Position numbers and translations under genes: made by a program | The notes under the pieces: generated by a model | What the model was told of the DNA's origin: nothing | What the model saw: only the letters and a program-made list of their open reading frames with translations | Database searches by the model: none | From: an uncultured Methanomassiliicoccales archaeon | GTDB lineage: Archaea; Thermoplasmatota; Thermoplasmata; RBG-16-68-12; CAYFXO01 | Direction: 5' to 3' | Assembly: GCA_964347125.1 (NCBI GenBank) | Contig: CAYFXO010000001.1 | Coordinates: forward strand, 5,557 to 37,556 | Length of the DNA stretch: 32,000 bases | Part shown: piece by piece, positions 1-9,412 of the stretch | Layout of the letters: each line of letters starts with the position of its first letter | Position numbering within the stretch: the first letter of the stretch is position 1

Positions 1-280
1 CCAACGACCGCTTCAGGTTGTCCATGGCCCCTTCGCGCGAGCGGCTGCGGGTCTTCGTCGCGATGAAGAACTCCCCCTGGTGCTTCTCCATCCAGGAACC
101 CATGAGCTGCTCCGCGCTGCCGTACATGGGGGCGGTGTCGATGTGGTTGATCCCGTGCTCCTTCAGGAGGGCCAACGCGCCGTCCGCCTCCTCGGGGGTC
201 GACCTGCTGAGGGCGTAGGATCCGAAGATGACGCGAGTGCTTCGGTGTCCCGTGCGTCCGAACTCCTGTTTCGGAATCAT
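1..280 (-). CDS. Aldo/keto reductase, N-terminal part (gene continues beyond left edge)
   Basis: Reverse complement from ATG at 278-280 reads MIPKQEFGRTGHRSTRVIFGSYALSRSTPEEADGALALLKEHGINHIDTAPMYGSAEQLMGSWMEKH...; 'NHIDTAPMYGSAE' matches the AKR active-site D/Y signature. Confidence 0.88.
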   Translation of the reverse strand, partial: MIPKQEFGRTGHRSTRVIFGSYALSRSTPEEADGALALLKEHGINHIDTAPMYGSAEQLMGSWMEKHQGEFFIATKTRSRSREGAMDNLKRSL

Positions 281-445
281 CCTGGCGTCCCTCCACCCCT
301 CTGGCGCTTGGGCGATGTGGGTGTATCGCCGGGGGCCTCATAACGCATTCGTACCCACGGGGAAGACCGACACGGGTTCCTGGAAATCGTGCGGACGGCA
401 AGGAGGGTCATCGACGCCGTGGAGGCCCGAATCGGCGGGGGCCGC

Positions 446-1123
446 CTAGGTCAGCTCTTGGGCCTTGCGGACGAGCTTCTTCGCCTGGCGGTAGCTCAGT
501 TCGGACTCATCCGCCAAGTGTTTTGGGTCCGCCTCCGCGAGCTCCTCCACGGTCCGGATCCCCAGACCCCGCAGCTCCGCTTCCGTCGCGCTCCCGAGAC
601 CCGGGAGGTTTCGCAGGGGGGCGCCCTTCGCTCGACGGGGCATTGCGCGCAGGGCCACGAAGGCCACCCCGCCAATCAGGAGGGGGATGCCGACCCACAG
701 ACCGATGTCCAGGAGGAGGTTCGGGCACTCCGGGGTGAAGTCCGCTGCCACGACGAGATCCACCTGCTTTCGCCGCAGGGTCTCCGTGTCGAGGGGGTCG
801 AAGTCCATGGACGTCATCGCGGAGACGCCCGCGCCGGGGACGTAGACCGTCACGGGCAGGCCCACCTCGTCGCTGTGGACGTGGAGCTGGATCGAGTAGG
901 CGCCGCCACCGTCCGCCCGGGTGGAGCGGTTCTTGTCCGTCCCGGCGGGGTACTCCGCGACGTACGCAACGACGGGGGCGTTGCAGACCCCAGAGCCGTC
1001 GGGGTGGAGGACGCGGCCGTGGACCTGAAAGCGGTGGTCGGCCTCGTGTTCCGCCGTCGCGGGGGGCACCGCGAGGAGAAGAAGGGGAACGAGGGCCCCC
1101 AGCACCCACGCGACCCGCCTCAT
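446..1123 (-). CDS. Secreted/membrane protein: signal peptide, Ig/carboxypeptidase-regulatory-like ectodomain, TM helix, C-terminal helix-hairpin-helix domain
   Basis: MRRVAWVLGALVPLLLLAVPPATAEHEADHRFQVHGRVLHPDGSG...; TM 'LLLDIGLWVGIPLLIGGVAFVAL'; tail 'LPGLGSATEAELRGLGIRTVEELAEADPKHLAD'. The listed longer ORF start (1447) is unlikely. Confidence 0.75.
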   Translation of the reverse strand: MRRVAWVLGALVPLLLLAVPPATAEHEADHRFQVHGRVLHPDGSGVCNAPVVAYVAEYPAGTDKNRSTRADGGGAYSIQLHVHSDEVGLPVTVYVPGAGVSAMTSMDFDPLDTETLRRKQVDLVVAADFTPECPNLLLDIGLWVGIPLLIGGVAFVALRAMPRRAKGAPLRNLPGLGSATEAELRGLGIRTVEELAEADPKHLADESELSYRQAKKLVRKAQELT

Positions 1124-1263
1124 TCCTCGACCTCCCGCTCGATGATCAGCGCCCCGACGTAGTCGCAGTTCTTGCAGTGGTACTTGTAGCCGGTGATGAG
1201 CCCCGCCTCGTAGAACACGTCGGCGGAGCCGCAGTCGGGACACGTGAGGATCTTCTTGCCCAC
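1120..1263 (-). CDS. Small zinc-ribbon protein (47 aa)
   Basis: GTG start at 1261-1263: VGKKILTCPDCGSADVFYEAGLITGYKYHCKNCDYVGALIIEREVEE*; CxxC...CxxC; stop overlaps the ATG of the downstream gene (ATGA). Too short for the supplied ORF track. Confidence 0.72.
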   Translation of the reverse strand: MGKKILTCPDCGSADVFYEAGLITGYKYHCKNCDYVGALIIEREVEE

Positions 1264-1370
1264 GTGGGGTCGATTCGCGCCGCGCGTATTTGAGGTTCAC
1301 CACAAAGGGGGGGAGGAACCGCCTAACCGCAACCCTTAAGAGAAGGGGCCTGGCTCTGTGGCGGCGCGTC

Positions 1371-2282
1371 ATGTCACACCTGTCCTCTACCCGGAAAGGG
1401 GCCACCGATGTCTTCGGCATCCTGGTCGTGGTCTCCATCCTCCTCATCGCGAGCCTAGCCTACATCATCCTCACCCTCCCCGCGCCTTCGACCCGCGGGC
1501 GGGAGATCCTTTACCTACAGAACGGGGACATCGCCCGGGTGGACTTCGTCGCCACCCTCGACACCGGGGAGGTCTTCGCCACGAGCCTGGCCTCCGTGGG
1601 GGACAACGACAAGACCTACCCGAAGTCCCTCGCCTTCGACCCGCCCCTGACCTACGCACCCATCAACGTGACCATGGGGGCGCCCATGACGGGTCCCGGC
1701 TTCGAGGGCCTCGTGGACCAGGGGACGGGAATCCAACAGGCGCTCCGGGGGATGGCCATCGGCGAGACCCGCACGGTGACCCTGGAGCCCGCCGAGGCCT
1801 TCGGGGTCCACGACCCCGTCCTCGTGGAGACCCGGAACCTCGTGGAGTCGCAGCCCCTGAAGGAGACGGTCACCCTCCCCGAGTGGAACTCCCGGTTCCT
1901 CCAAGTCCCGACGGAGGACCAGACGGTCCTCGACCCGTTTTGGGGCTGGCCCGTCCGGGTCCTGGAGTTCGACGAGGGGACCCAGCTCATCACGTTCCGG
2001 GCGGAGCCCCAAGAAGGGGACCTCCTCACCCCGTTCAAGACCTTCCAGACCCGCGTGGAGAAGGTGGACGCCGCCGCCAACGGGGGCGAGGGCCTCGTCC
2101 AGGTCGGCCACCTCTTGACGTCGGAGGACGAGGGGAAGGTGTTCGCCGAGGGCCTCCAGGGCGGTTTCCTGGTGGTGGGGGTCGACGAGGCGGGCGGGAC
2201 GTTCCTCGCGGACCGGAACGATATCCGGCGGGACCATGCGGCCACTTACGAGATCACGCTGCTGAGCATCTCGCGGCCGTGA
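1371..2282 (+). CDS. Membrane-anchored FKBP-type (SlyD-like) peptidyl-prolyl cis-trans isomerase
   Basis: MSHLSSTRKGATDVFGILVVVSILLIASLAYIILTL (TM) followed by 'NGDIARVDFVATLDTGEVFATS...GIQQALRGMAIGETRTVTLEPAEAFGVHDPVLV', a typical archaeal FKBP with IF insert. Confidence 0.88.
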   Translation: MSHLSSTRKGATDVFGILVVVSILLIASLAYIILTLPAPSTRGREILYLQNGDIARVDFVATLDTGEVFATSLASVGDNDKTYPKSLAFDPPLTYAPINVTMGAPMTGPGFEGLVDQGTGIQQALRGMAIGETRTVTLEPAEAFGVHDPVLVETRNLVESQPLKETVTLPEWNSRFLQVPTEDQTVLDPFWGWPVRVLEFDEGTQLITFRAEPQEGDLLTPFKTFQTRVEKVDAAANGGEGLVQVGHLLTSEDEGKVFAEGLQGGFLVVGVDEAGGTFLADRNDIRRDHAATYEITLLSISRP

Positions 2283-2285
2283 GCC

Positions 2286-2993
2286 TCAGTACCTCTGGCG
2301 GGCATAGGGGACGTCCTCGATCTCCCCGCCGAAGAGGACCTTCAGGTCCCCGCGGAGCCACGTGAGAAGGGTGTTCCCGTACCCGTTCTTCTCCATCCGG
2401 CGCGTCGAGAGGCGCACGAAGAGGCGGGGGTCGTACACGATGCGCCCCTCCCGCTTCAGGCGGAAGGCGATCTCCACGTCGTCAGAGTGGGGGAGGCTCC
2501 GGTAGCCGCCGATTCGTAGGAAGACATCGCGGCGGAAGGCGGAGTTCCCGCCCCCCGTGGTGTAGATGCCCAGGCGGGCGAAGATACGAATGAGGTTCCT
2601 CAGGAACAGGAACGTGAGCCGCGCCTTCCAGTCCTGCTCGATGGGGCCGTCGGGGCCGCACACCGCGACGACATCCGGGTGGTCGAAGTGGGCGAGGATG
2701 CGGGCAAGCCAATCGGAGGGCAGGAGAACGTCCGCGTCCGTCGTGGCGACGAGGGGGGCCTCGGCCACCCGCACGCCGTCGTTCCGGGCGCCGCCCACGC
2801 CCTTCGAGACCTGCCGGATCACCCGGTCGGCGCGGCGGGCGGCAATCTCCGGCGTCCCGTCCGTGCTGTCGCCGTCGACCACGATGACCTCGAACGCGTC
2901 CCGCGGGAGCGTCTGGGCATCGAACTGCGTCAGGAAGGCCTCGATCCCCGCGGCCTCGTTGTAGGTGGGCACGACGACGGAGAGGCGGGGCAT
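2286..2993 (-). CDS. Glycosyltransferase family 2
   Basis: MPRLSVVVPTYNEAAGIEAFLTQFDAQTLPRDAFEVIVVDGDSTDGTPEIA... GT2 nucleotide-binding motif and DAD-like 'ATTDADVLLP'. Confidence 0.92.
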   Translation of the reverse strand: MPRLSVVVPTYNEAAGIEAFLTQFDAQTLPRDAFEVIVVDGDSTDGTPEIAARRADRVIRQVSKGVGGARNDGVRVAEAPLVATTDADVLLPSDWLARILAHFDHPDVVAVCGPDGPIEQDWKARLTFLFLRNLIRIFARLGIYTTGGGNSAFRRDVFLRIGGYRSLPHSDDVEIAFRLKREGRIVYDPRLFVRLSTRRMEKNGYGNTLLTWLRGDLKVLFGGEIEDVPYARQRY

Positions 2994-2994
2994 C

Positions 2995-4296
2995 TCAACC
3001 GCCCATGGAACGGGCCAGGTCGAAGGCGGACCGCAGGCACATGTCCGTGTTGATGTACCGAAGCTCGCCCTGGCGCCCGCACAGCCGGATGCCCAGGCCC
3101 TCCACGTAGTCCTTCACGATCCGGGCGTTCCGTTCGAAGTCCAGGGAGAAGACGACGTAGGCGCGGGGGACCCGGGCCACCTTGGTGTAGATGACGTCCT
3201 GGCGGCGGAGGAGGCCGTGCTCGTGCAGCTTGTCCACGACGTGCTCCACCAGGGCCACATTGGGCATGCTCCAGACGTCGTCGCCGCGGTGGCAGGTGAT
3301 TTCCGCGAGGACCGACGAGGTCCCTTCGGGGGCGTTGCGGTCGCTGTAGTTCGAGGGGAAGGAGACCCGGTTGAAGAGGCCGTCCTCCCACCGGGGGAAG
3401 TAGAGCCAGGAGAGGTCGTTGAGCTCCGCCCGGTCCAGGCCGAGCATCACGGTGACGACGGAGTTGACCTGGAGCTTGGATGCGGCCTCCAGGACCTCCG
3501 GGGGGGTGCCATCCAGGAGGCGGACGAGGAGGGGGAGGGGAATCGTGGACACGAGGCGGTCGTAGGTCCGCTCCTCCGTATCGCTCCGGACGGTGTAGCG
3601 GCCGTTGTCGGCGCGGATCCCGGTGACCTCCCAGTCCGTCACCACCGAGGGGCACTGGGCGGCGATGGCCTTCGGGAGGGCCTCGATCCCCCCTTCCCGC
3701 GGGTAGACGAAGTTCAGCTGGTGGACGTAGCCCTCCGACTCCAGGCCGAGGGACGCCTTGACGATGTCCTCCAGGGGCGGCTCGGGGACCCGGCCGTCGA
3801 CCCAGTCCAGGGCCATGTCCCGAGGCTCCGCCTTCCAGATCTTCTGGTTGTACGGGATGAGGTATTTCGTGGCGATCCCCGGGCCGAAGCGGTAGTGCAT
3901 CCACTCCTCGAAGTTGCCGGGACGGGCGGCGGTCCCCGCCTGGCGGGCGATGTAGGCCTCCAGGAAGCCCTGCAGGCACTCGAAGTTCTCCTCGAGGGGG
4001 AGGTCCCGGAGGCCGTTCTCGAAGGGGTACTTCACGAGGCGGTCCCGGTAGAAGATCTTCGTGTTCCGGCGGCGGCGGGCCAGGTTGTCGCCCAGGGTCC
4101 GCTCGACGAAGGCGGAGATCTCCTCGTCCTTGGAGAACAGGATGTGGGAGCCGCAATAGTCGAAGGTGAACCCCTCTTCCGTGAGGCTCTTGCAGAGGCC
4201 CCCGGGGCGGTCCGTCTTCTCTAGAACCTCGGAGTCCGGCAGGGCGGAGGCGACCGCCAAACCTGTCAACCCGCCGCCGAGGACGCCTGTCGTCAT
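2995..4296 (-). CDS. FAD-dependent oxidoreductase / protoporphyrinogen oxidase- or UDP-galactopyranose mutase-like
   Basis: MTTGVLGGGLTGLAVASALPDSEVLEKTDRPGGLCKSLTEEGFTFDYCGSHILF... Rossmann GxGxxG and 'KYPFENGL...FGPGIATKYLIPYNQKIWK' typical of UGM-like proteins. Confidence 0.82.
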   Translation of the reverse strand: MTTGVLGGGLTGLAVASALPDSEVLEKTDRPGGLCKSLTEEGFTFDYCGSHILFSKDEEISAFVERTLGDNLARRRRNTKIFYRDRLVKYPFENGLRDLPLEENFECLQGFLEAYIARQAGTAARPGNFEEWMHYRFGPGIATKYLIPYNQKIWKAEPRDMALDWVDGRVPEPPLEDIVKASLGLESEGYVHQLNFVYPREGGIEALPKAIAAQCPSVVTDWEVTGIRADNGRYTVRSDTEERTYDRLVSTIPLPLLVRLLDGTPPEVLEAASKLQVNSVVTVMLGLDRAELNDLSWLYFPRWEDGLFNRVSFPSNYSDRNAPEGTSSVLAEITCHRGDDVWSMPNVALVEHVVDKLHEHGLLRRQDVIYTKVARVPRAYVVFSLDFERNARIVKDYVEGLGIRLCGRQGELRYINTDMCLRSAFDLARSMGG

Positions 4297-4337
4297 GCGC
4301 TCCCGCCCCGTAGAAGGGGCTTTGCCATATACCTTTC

Positions 4338-4928
4338 TCACTCGTTCTCGGCGGCGAGCATCCGTCGGCGGCGGAGGAGGGCGACGGCGGCGCTCACGGC
4401 GACGAACACGATGACGAAGATGAGGGTGAGGTTGGCGGCCAGGTCCTCGGGGTAGACCCACCGGAAGGCGCCCACGAGCAGGAGGAGGGCGGAGTACTTC
4501 GCGAGGCCGCCGACCACGATGAAGAGGACGGAGCGGCGGTAGTCCCACTCGCAGGCCGCCATGAAGGCGCCCACGAAGGGGACGGCGGGGGCGATGCGGT
4601 TGGTGAGGATGAGCATCTCCCGCTCCGCGAGGAGGATGTCCGTCCACTTGTTCATGGCCGCGCGGAGCCGCTTCGGCAGGCCGACCCGGCGGACGACGAG
4701 GTACAGGGTCGTGTTCCCCAGGACCTCCGCCACCTCCGCGAGGAACAGGACGGTGAGGCCCCACTCCAGGGTGGCGTCCCCCGCCTGGAAGATGAGGACG
4801 GCGAAGATCTCCGGGAGGAGGGGGATGATGATGGCGTCGACGTAGAAGATGAGGAAGAGGGAGAAGAGGAGGCCCGCGGTCCCCAGGCCCTCGAAGAGCT
4901 GGATGATCTCCGTGCCGAGTCCGCTCAC
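4338..4928 (-). CDS. DedA/VTT-like (SNARE-associated) polytopic membrane protein
   Basis: GTG start; 196 aa with several TM helices; 'NRIAPAVPFVGAFMAACEWDYRRSVLFIVVGGLAKYSALLLLVG' resembles the DedA/VTT core. Confidence 0.65.
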   Translation of the reverse strand: MSGLGTEIIQLFEGLGTAGLLFSLFLIFYVDAIIIPLLPEIFAVLIFQAGDATLEWGLTVLFLAEVAEVLGNTTLYLVVRRVGLPKRLRAAMNKWTDILLAEREMLILTNRIAPAVPFVGAFMAACEWDYRRSVLFIVVGGLAKYSALLLLVGAFRWVYPEDLAANLTLIFVIVFVAVSAAVALLRRRRMLAAENE

Positions 4929-4964
4929 GTGGGGTCCACCGAACCTCGTCCTCAGGAGGGGGCC

Positions 4965-6201
4965 TCAGGCTCCGGGGGTGGAGCCGTTGAGGAGCTTGCC
5001 GTACAGCCGGACCAGCTTGCTGGTGCACCGGTCGACGGAGAACTGCTCCGCCACCGCCCGGGCGCGCTCCTTGAGCGCCCCGTTGGCGTCCAGGGCCCGC
5101 ACGACGGCGTCCGCGCAGCCGGTCACGTCCCCGGATTCGAAGAGGAACCCGGTCCTCCCCTCTTTCACGAAGTCCGGAATCGCCCGGTAGTTCACCCCCG
5201 CGACGGGCTTCCCGGTCGCCATGGCCCTCGTTGGTTTCTACCTGGTATTATGGGGCATGGACCGAAGTGGCTACCACCGGTGTGCCCAACGACATGGCCT
5301 CCAGGACCACGAGGCCCTGGGTCTCGAAGGTGGAGCAGATGGCGAAGGCGTCCGCCGCGGCGTAGTACTGGGGCAGCTCGTCCTCAGGGACGAACCCGGT
5401 GAAGGTGACGACGTCGTCCAGGCCCATGGCCTGGGACATCTCGCGGTACGAACCGAAGGCGGGGCCCTTCCCCACGACCATGAGGTGGGCGTCCGGGCGG
5501 GTCTTTCGGATCCGGTGGAGCGCCCCCAGGAGCTGCTCCAGGTGCTTCTCCGGGGACATGCGGCCCACGGTAAGGATGAGCTCCTCCCCGTCCAGGCCCC
5601 ACTTCTCCCGCACGCCGCTACCGTCGACGCCGGGGTGGAACCGGTCGCTGTCCACGCCCGTGGGGATGACCTCCAGGCGGCGGATCTTCGGGGCGAGGTC
5701 CCGGAGTTCCTCGGAGATGGAGGGCGTGGGGGCGACGACCCCGCCGCACTTGTGGAGGAAGATCCGGAGGTAGAACCGCATCGCGGACTCCAGGAACCCG
5801 ATGCGGAGCTGGAGGGGGGAGTAGTAGGCGAGGGCGTCCACGACCATCGTGTGGAACGTGAGGACCATGGGGATGCGGAGATCGAAGGCCGCCCAGAGGC
5901 CCTTCACCCCCACGGACCCGATGCCATGAGAATGGACGAGGTCCACGTCGTACTCGCGGAGGATCCTGGGCTCGCAGGTCGGGAGGATGGAGGCCATGCG
6001 GTAGCCGGGGTACGAGGGGAGCTCCCGCGCGCGGAGGTAGACCACCCCCGGCTCCTCCCCGTTCCCCTGCCGCCGGTCCTCGGGAGCGAAGACGATGATC
6101 TCGTGCCCGTCGGCCTCCAGGGCCTGCTTCGTGGTGAGGAGGGAGTTGACCACCCCGTCTACCGCCGGAAGGTACGAGTCCGTGAACAGCGCGATCCGCA
6201 A
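4965..6201 (-). pseudogene. Glycosyltransferase family 4 (group 1), reading frame interrupted by a 73-bp insert near the C-terminal donor-binding motif
   Basis: ORF 6201-5248 (TTG start, MRIALFTDSYLPAVDGVVNSL...LVVLEAMSLGTPVVATSVHAP*) and ORF 5222-4965 (MATGKPVAGVNYRAIPDFVKEGRTGFLFESGDV...) form one GT4 protein if 5223-5295 is removed (...VVLEAMATGKPVAGVNYRAIPDFV...). Confidence 0.85.
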
Positions 6202-6205
6202 TCGT

Positions 6206-7516
6206 TCACCCCTGCGCTATTCTCCTGACCTTGTCCACGATGTCTTGCGGGTCGGTCCCCAGGACACGGATCATGGCCTCCTTGCCGACGCCGCCACGGT
6301 CCCAGATGACGTCGGGGACGCCGCCGTGGGCCCGGATGGCCTCCGCGGTGCCCCATTCCATCGTCGAGACCTTCTCCGGCTCCTGGCTCCTGTCAAAGGT
6401 GGAGGCGCTCAGTCCGAGGGCCCGAATTCGGTCGAGACTTTGCTCCGTAAACTTAAGGTTTGCGGCGGCGCGGATTCGGGGGTCCTCCCGGGAGGCGGTG
6501 ACGATGATGCGGGCCACGTGGCGGGAGGCGCCGAAGTCCGGCGGGCCAGTGACGGTGGCGACGCCGCCGACGGGGACGATGCGGCCCTTCAGGGCGCACA
6601 CGTCCTCGAGGGATTCGGGGAATGGGAGGGCGTAGCCCAGGTTCGTCCCCACCTCGGGGACCATCTCCAAGGGGAGGACCCCCGCCAGGGCCTCGGCCCC
6701 CTCCAGGACGGCCCGCCAGACCGCGTGGCGGTCTTCCGGGACGTGGGGGTGGATGGCCTCCACGCCCTTGCCGTAGGCGTAGTGGGCCTCGTGCCCCAGT
6801 ATGACCTGGCGCTTCGCTTGGCCCACCGCCGCGGGGACGTCCTTCCCTTGGGCCAGGTAGGCGGCGAGGAAGGCGGACAGGACGCAGCCGCTCCCGTGGA
6901 GTTCCAGGTCCAACCGTGGGCCCTCGAACCGCTGGAACGTCTCCCCGTCGAAGAGGACGTCCACCGCGGGTCCCTTCAGGTGGCCCCCCTTACATAGCAC
7001 GTACTTGGGGCCGAGGGAGTGGATCCGGCGGCACGCCTCTTCCATGGACTCGGGGTCGGTGACGCTGAACCGGGCCAGGACCGCGGCCTCGTGGAGGTTG
7101 GGGGTGACCACCGTGGCCATCGGGAGGAACTTCGCCTCCAGGGCTTCGACGAAGTCGTCGCGGGCGAGGGAATCGCCCACGGTGGCGACCAGGACGGGGT
7201 CCACGACCAGGGGGAGGTTCCGCCCCTTGAGCGCCCGGGCCACCGCCTCCACGATCTCCGCGGAGTAGAGCATCCCCGTCTTCGCCGCCCCCACGTCCAG
7301 GTCCGTGAGGACGGCCTCCAGCTGGGCCGTCACCATGTCCGGGGGAATCGGGTGGATGGCCTCGACGCCCTGCGTGTTCTGGGCGGTGATGGCGGTGAGG
7401 ACGCTGGCGCCGTGGACGCCCGCGGCGGCGAAGGCCTTCAGGTCCGCCTGGATGCCCGCGCCTCCAGAGGAATCGCTCCCCGCGATGGTCAACGCGCTCT
7501 TCACGGCGGCGAGCAA
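6206..7516 (-). CDS. thiDN: Bifunctional hydroxymethylpyrimidine kinase/phosphomethylpyrimidine kinase - thiamine-phosphate synthase (ThiD-ThiN fusion)
   Basis: [43 protein letters not shown]...[11 protein letters not shown] (ThiD), then '...[29 protein letters not shown]...[18 protein letters not shown]' (ThiN). Confidence 0.94.
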   Translation of the reverse strand: MLAAVKSALTIAGSDSSGGAGIQADLKAFAAAGVHGASVLTAITAQNTQGVEAIHPIPPDMVTAQLEAVLTDLDVGAAKTGMLYSAEIVEAVARALKGRNLPLVVDPVLVATVGDSLARDDFVEALEAKFLPMATVVTPNLHEAAVLARFSVTDPESMEEACRRIHSLGPKYVLCKGGHLKGPAVDVLFDGETFQRFEGPRLDLELHGSGCVLSAFLAAYLAQGKDVPAAVGQAKRQVILGHEAHYAYGKGVEAIHPHVPEDRHAVWRAVLEGAEALAGVLPLEMVPEVGTNLGYALPFPESLEDVCALKGRIVPVGGVATVTGPPDFGASRHVARIIVTASREDPRIRAAANLKFTEQSLDRIRALGLSASTFDRSQEPEKVSTMEWGTAEAIRAHGGVPDVIWDRGGVGKEAMIRVLGTDPQDIVDKVRRIAQG

Positions 7517-7651
7517 CGGGGGGTCCCCGCTTAAACTTGACTTGCCCAGTCTCAGGGCGGTGCAACGAACCTCCGCGGGCCGTCTGGCTCCCCCGAAGCG
7601 CAGGGCGCCCCGTCCGAAAATGGTTTATAGCTTCCTCCGGATGAATCGGCC

Positions 7652-8032
7652 ATGCGGGCCCGGAGCGGCCACATCCGGTTGGGGAAGAGGATCCAGTACA
7701 AGAGGCTCCTGCCCGTGTACGAGGAGATCCTCACCCGGTTCCTGGAGGAGACGGGTCAGATGCCGGAGAACGACCCGGAGTACGTCTCCGTCATCCTGGA
7801 GGAGAACCTGCGGGACCTGCGCCTCAACCGCAAGCCCGAGGGGTACAACCGGGAGTTCGGGATGCGCCTCATCTTCCCCATCAGCGACCGGGTGGAGTTC
7901 TACGTCTACGGTCGGGGGCGGACCACGGAGGTGCCCCGGATCACGGAGGTGCTCAGCCGCCTCCTCCACGAGAAGAAGATCAAGCACGAGGTGGACTGGG
8001 ACCAGCTCGTGGTGTTCCAGGACCGGGACTAG
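7652..8032 (+). CDS. Conserved hypothetical archaeal protein (126 aa)
   Basis: [40 protein letters not shown]...; high GC3; promoter-like 'gtttatagc' upstream (about 7622). Confidence 0.7.
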   Translation: MRARSGHIRLGKRIQYKRLLPVYEEILTRFLEETGQMPENDPEYVSVILEENLRDLRLNRKPEGYNREFGMRLIFPISDRVEFYVYGRGRTTEVPRITEVLSRLLHEKKIKHEVDWDQLVVFQDRD

Positions 8033-8592
8033 CCGAGGTGGGCCTCCCGCAGCGTCGTGTAGATCGGTCCCTTCGGGGTGAGGACGCTCTGCTTCAGGCG
8101 GACCGCGTCCAGGGTCTGGGCGCCGAACTCCGCCCCCTGGTAGTCCCGCAGGACCTGCTGAAGGCGCTCCTTGTGGCGGCCCCCCTTCACGCGGCCCACG
8201 GTCACGTGGGGCCGGAACGGGCGGCGCTCCCGCTTGAAGCCCAGGGGCTCCAGCCCCGCCTCGAGGTCTGTGGCGATGCCTTCCAGGGGGGCCCCGCCCT
8301 CCATGCCGACCCAGACGACCTTGATGTGGCTGAGGCTGGGGAAGGCCCCCGCCCCGCGGAGGGTGATGGGGATGGCCTCCACCCCGGCGCACGCCTCCTG
8401 CAGCACCTCGTCGACGGCATCCACCGCCCCCTCCTCCGTGTCGCCCAGGAACTTCAGGGTCACGTGGAGAATGTTCAGGTCCACCATCTTGACCGGGGCC
8501 CCGGTCTCGGCCACCGCGGTCGCGAACCCCCGCAACCGCGCCCCCACCTCCAGGTCCGCCGCGATGAAGCACCGGATGGCCGCCACCGTCAC
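8029..8592 (-). CDS. thpR: RNA 2',3'-cyclic phosphodiesterase (2'-5' RNA ligase family)
   Basis: GTG start overlapping the upstream stop; [10 protein letters not shown]...[12 protein letters not shown]...[10 protein letters not shown]: two HxT motifs. Confidence 0.92.
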   Translation of the reverse strand: MTVAAIRCFIAADLEVGARLRGFATAVAETGAPVKMVDLNILHVTLKFLGDTEEGAVDAVDEVLQEACAGVEAIPITLRGAGAFPSLSHIKVVWVGMEGGAPLEGIATDLEAGLEPLGFKRERRPFRPHVTVGRVKGGRHKERLQQVLRDYQGAEFGAQTLDAVRLKQSVLTPKGPIYTTLREAHLG

Positions 8593-9269
8593 TCCACCCG
8601 CGTCCCCACGAAGGGCTGGTCCTCGACGGCGTTCCGGAGGTTCTCCAGGTCCCGCCCGTCCACGACGTAGAGGGGGATGCCCAGGCGGAGCATCACCTTC
8701 GCCCCCTGGGGATCGAAGATCCCCCGCGGGCCCGCCGCCGTGTGCTCGTCGCCCGTGATCTTCAGGAGGCTCTGGAACTTCATCCGGTCGATGCGCCGGG
8801 CGGTGGGCACCTCCCGCGGATCGTCCGTGAAGACCCCCGCGACGTTCGTGGCGTTCACGAGGCGGGAGGCCCCGCACTTCTCCGCCAGGATCGCCGCCAC
8901 GCCGTCCGTGGTGGTCCCGGGGCGCACGCCACCCATGACGACGATGGGGTAGGTCCGGCCGGCCTTCACCGCCTCGTCCTGGTTCCGGGGGACCCGCGGG
9001 TAGGCCCCCTTCCCGAGGGCGGTGAGGAGGAGGCGCGCGTTGAGGCGGGTGAGGACGATGCCGAAGGCGTCCAGGTCCCGCTCCTTCCCCCCAAGGCCCC
9101 GCCCCGTGTCGATGTAGTAGCGGGCGGGCTTCCCGCCCCCCACGACGACGTAGAGGCGGTACTTCTTGGATAGGCCGATGAGCAGGGAGGCCAGGGAGTC
9201 GATGAACCGCACGTCGTCCTCCCCCGGGACGAGGACGGAGCCGCCGATTGAGATGACGACCTTCTCCAC
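8589..9269 (-). CDS. pyrH: Archaeal UMP kinase (amino-acid kinase family)
   Basis: GTG start: VEKVVISIGGSVLVPGEDDVRFIDSLASLL...YVVVGGGKPARYYIDTGR...TTDGVAAILAEKCGASRLVNATNVAGVFTDDP. Confidence 0.9.
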   Translation of the reverse strand: MEKVVISIGGSVLVPGEDDVRFIDSLASLLIGLSKKYRLYVVVGGGKPARYYIDTGRGLGGKERDLDAFGIVLTRLNARLLLTALGKGAYPRVPRNQDEAVKAGRTYPIVVMGGVRPGTTTDGVAAILAEKCGASRLVNATNVAGVFTDDPREVPTARRIDRMKFQSLLKITGDEHTAAGPRGIFDPQGAKVMLRLGIPLYVVDGRDLENLRNAVEDQPFVGTRVE

Positions 9270-9412
9270 GGTGCGCCCTCCCGCCGCGGGCGCATCCCCC
9301 CGCCACCTATAAAGGATACCGCCTGCGGGCCGTTCTCCTCGGGGGCGCCGCCGTAAGGGAGGGGCGCCCGCCAAAGGTTATTACCCCGCCTCCCGCTATT
9401 GGGGTCCCACCC

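Noticed and set aside
2995-4224. Long ORFs on the plus strand over the FAD-enzyme gene and the N-terminal extension of ORF 2995..5028
   Set aside because: Shadow/extended ORFs; recognisable homology begins at ATG 4294-4296, and the extension overlaps the real DedA-like gene in another frame.
5223-5295. The 73-bp GT4 insert as an archaeal bulge-helix-bulge intron or an intein
   Set aside because: No obvious BHB pairing by eye, far too short for an intein, and its sequence resembles a GT4 coding segment instead.
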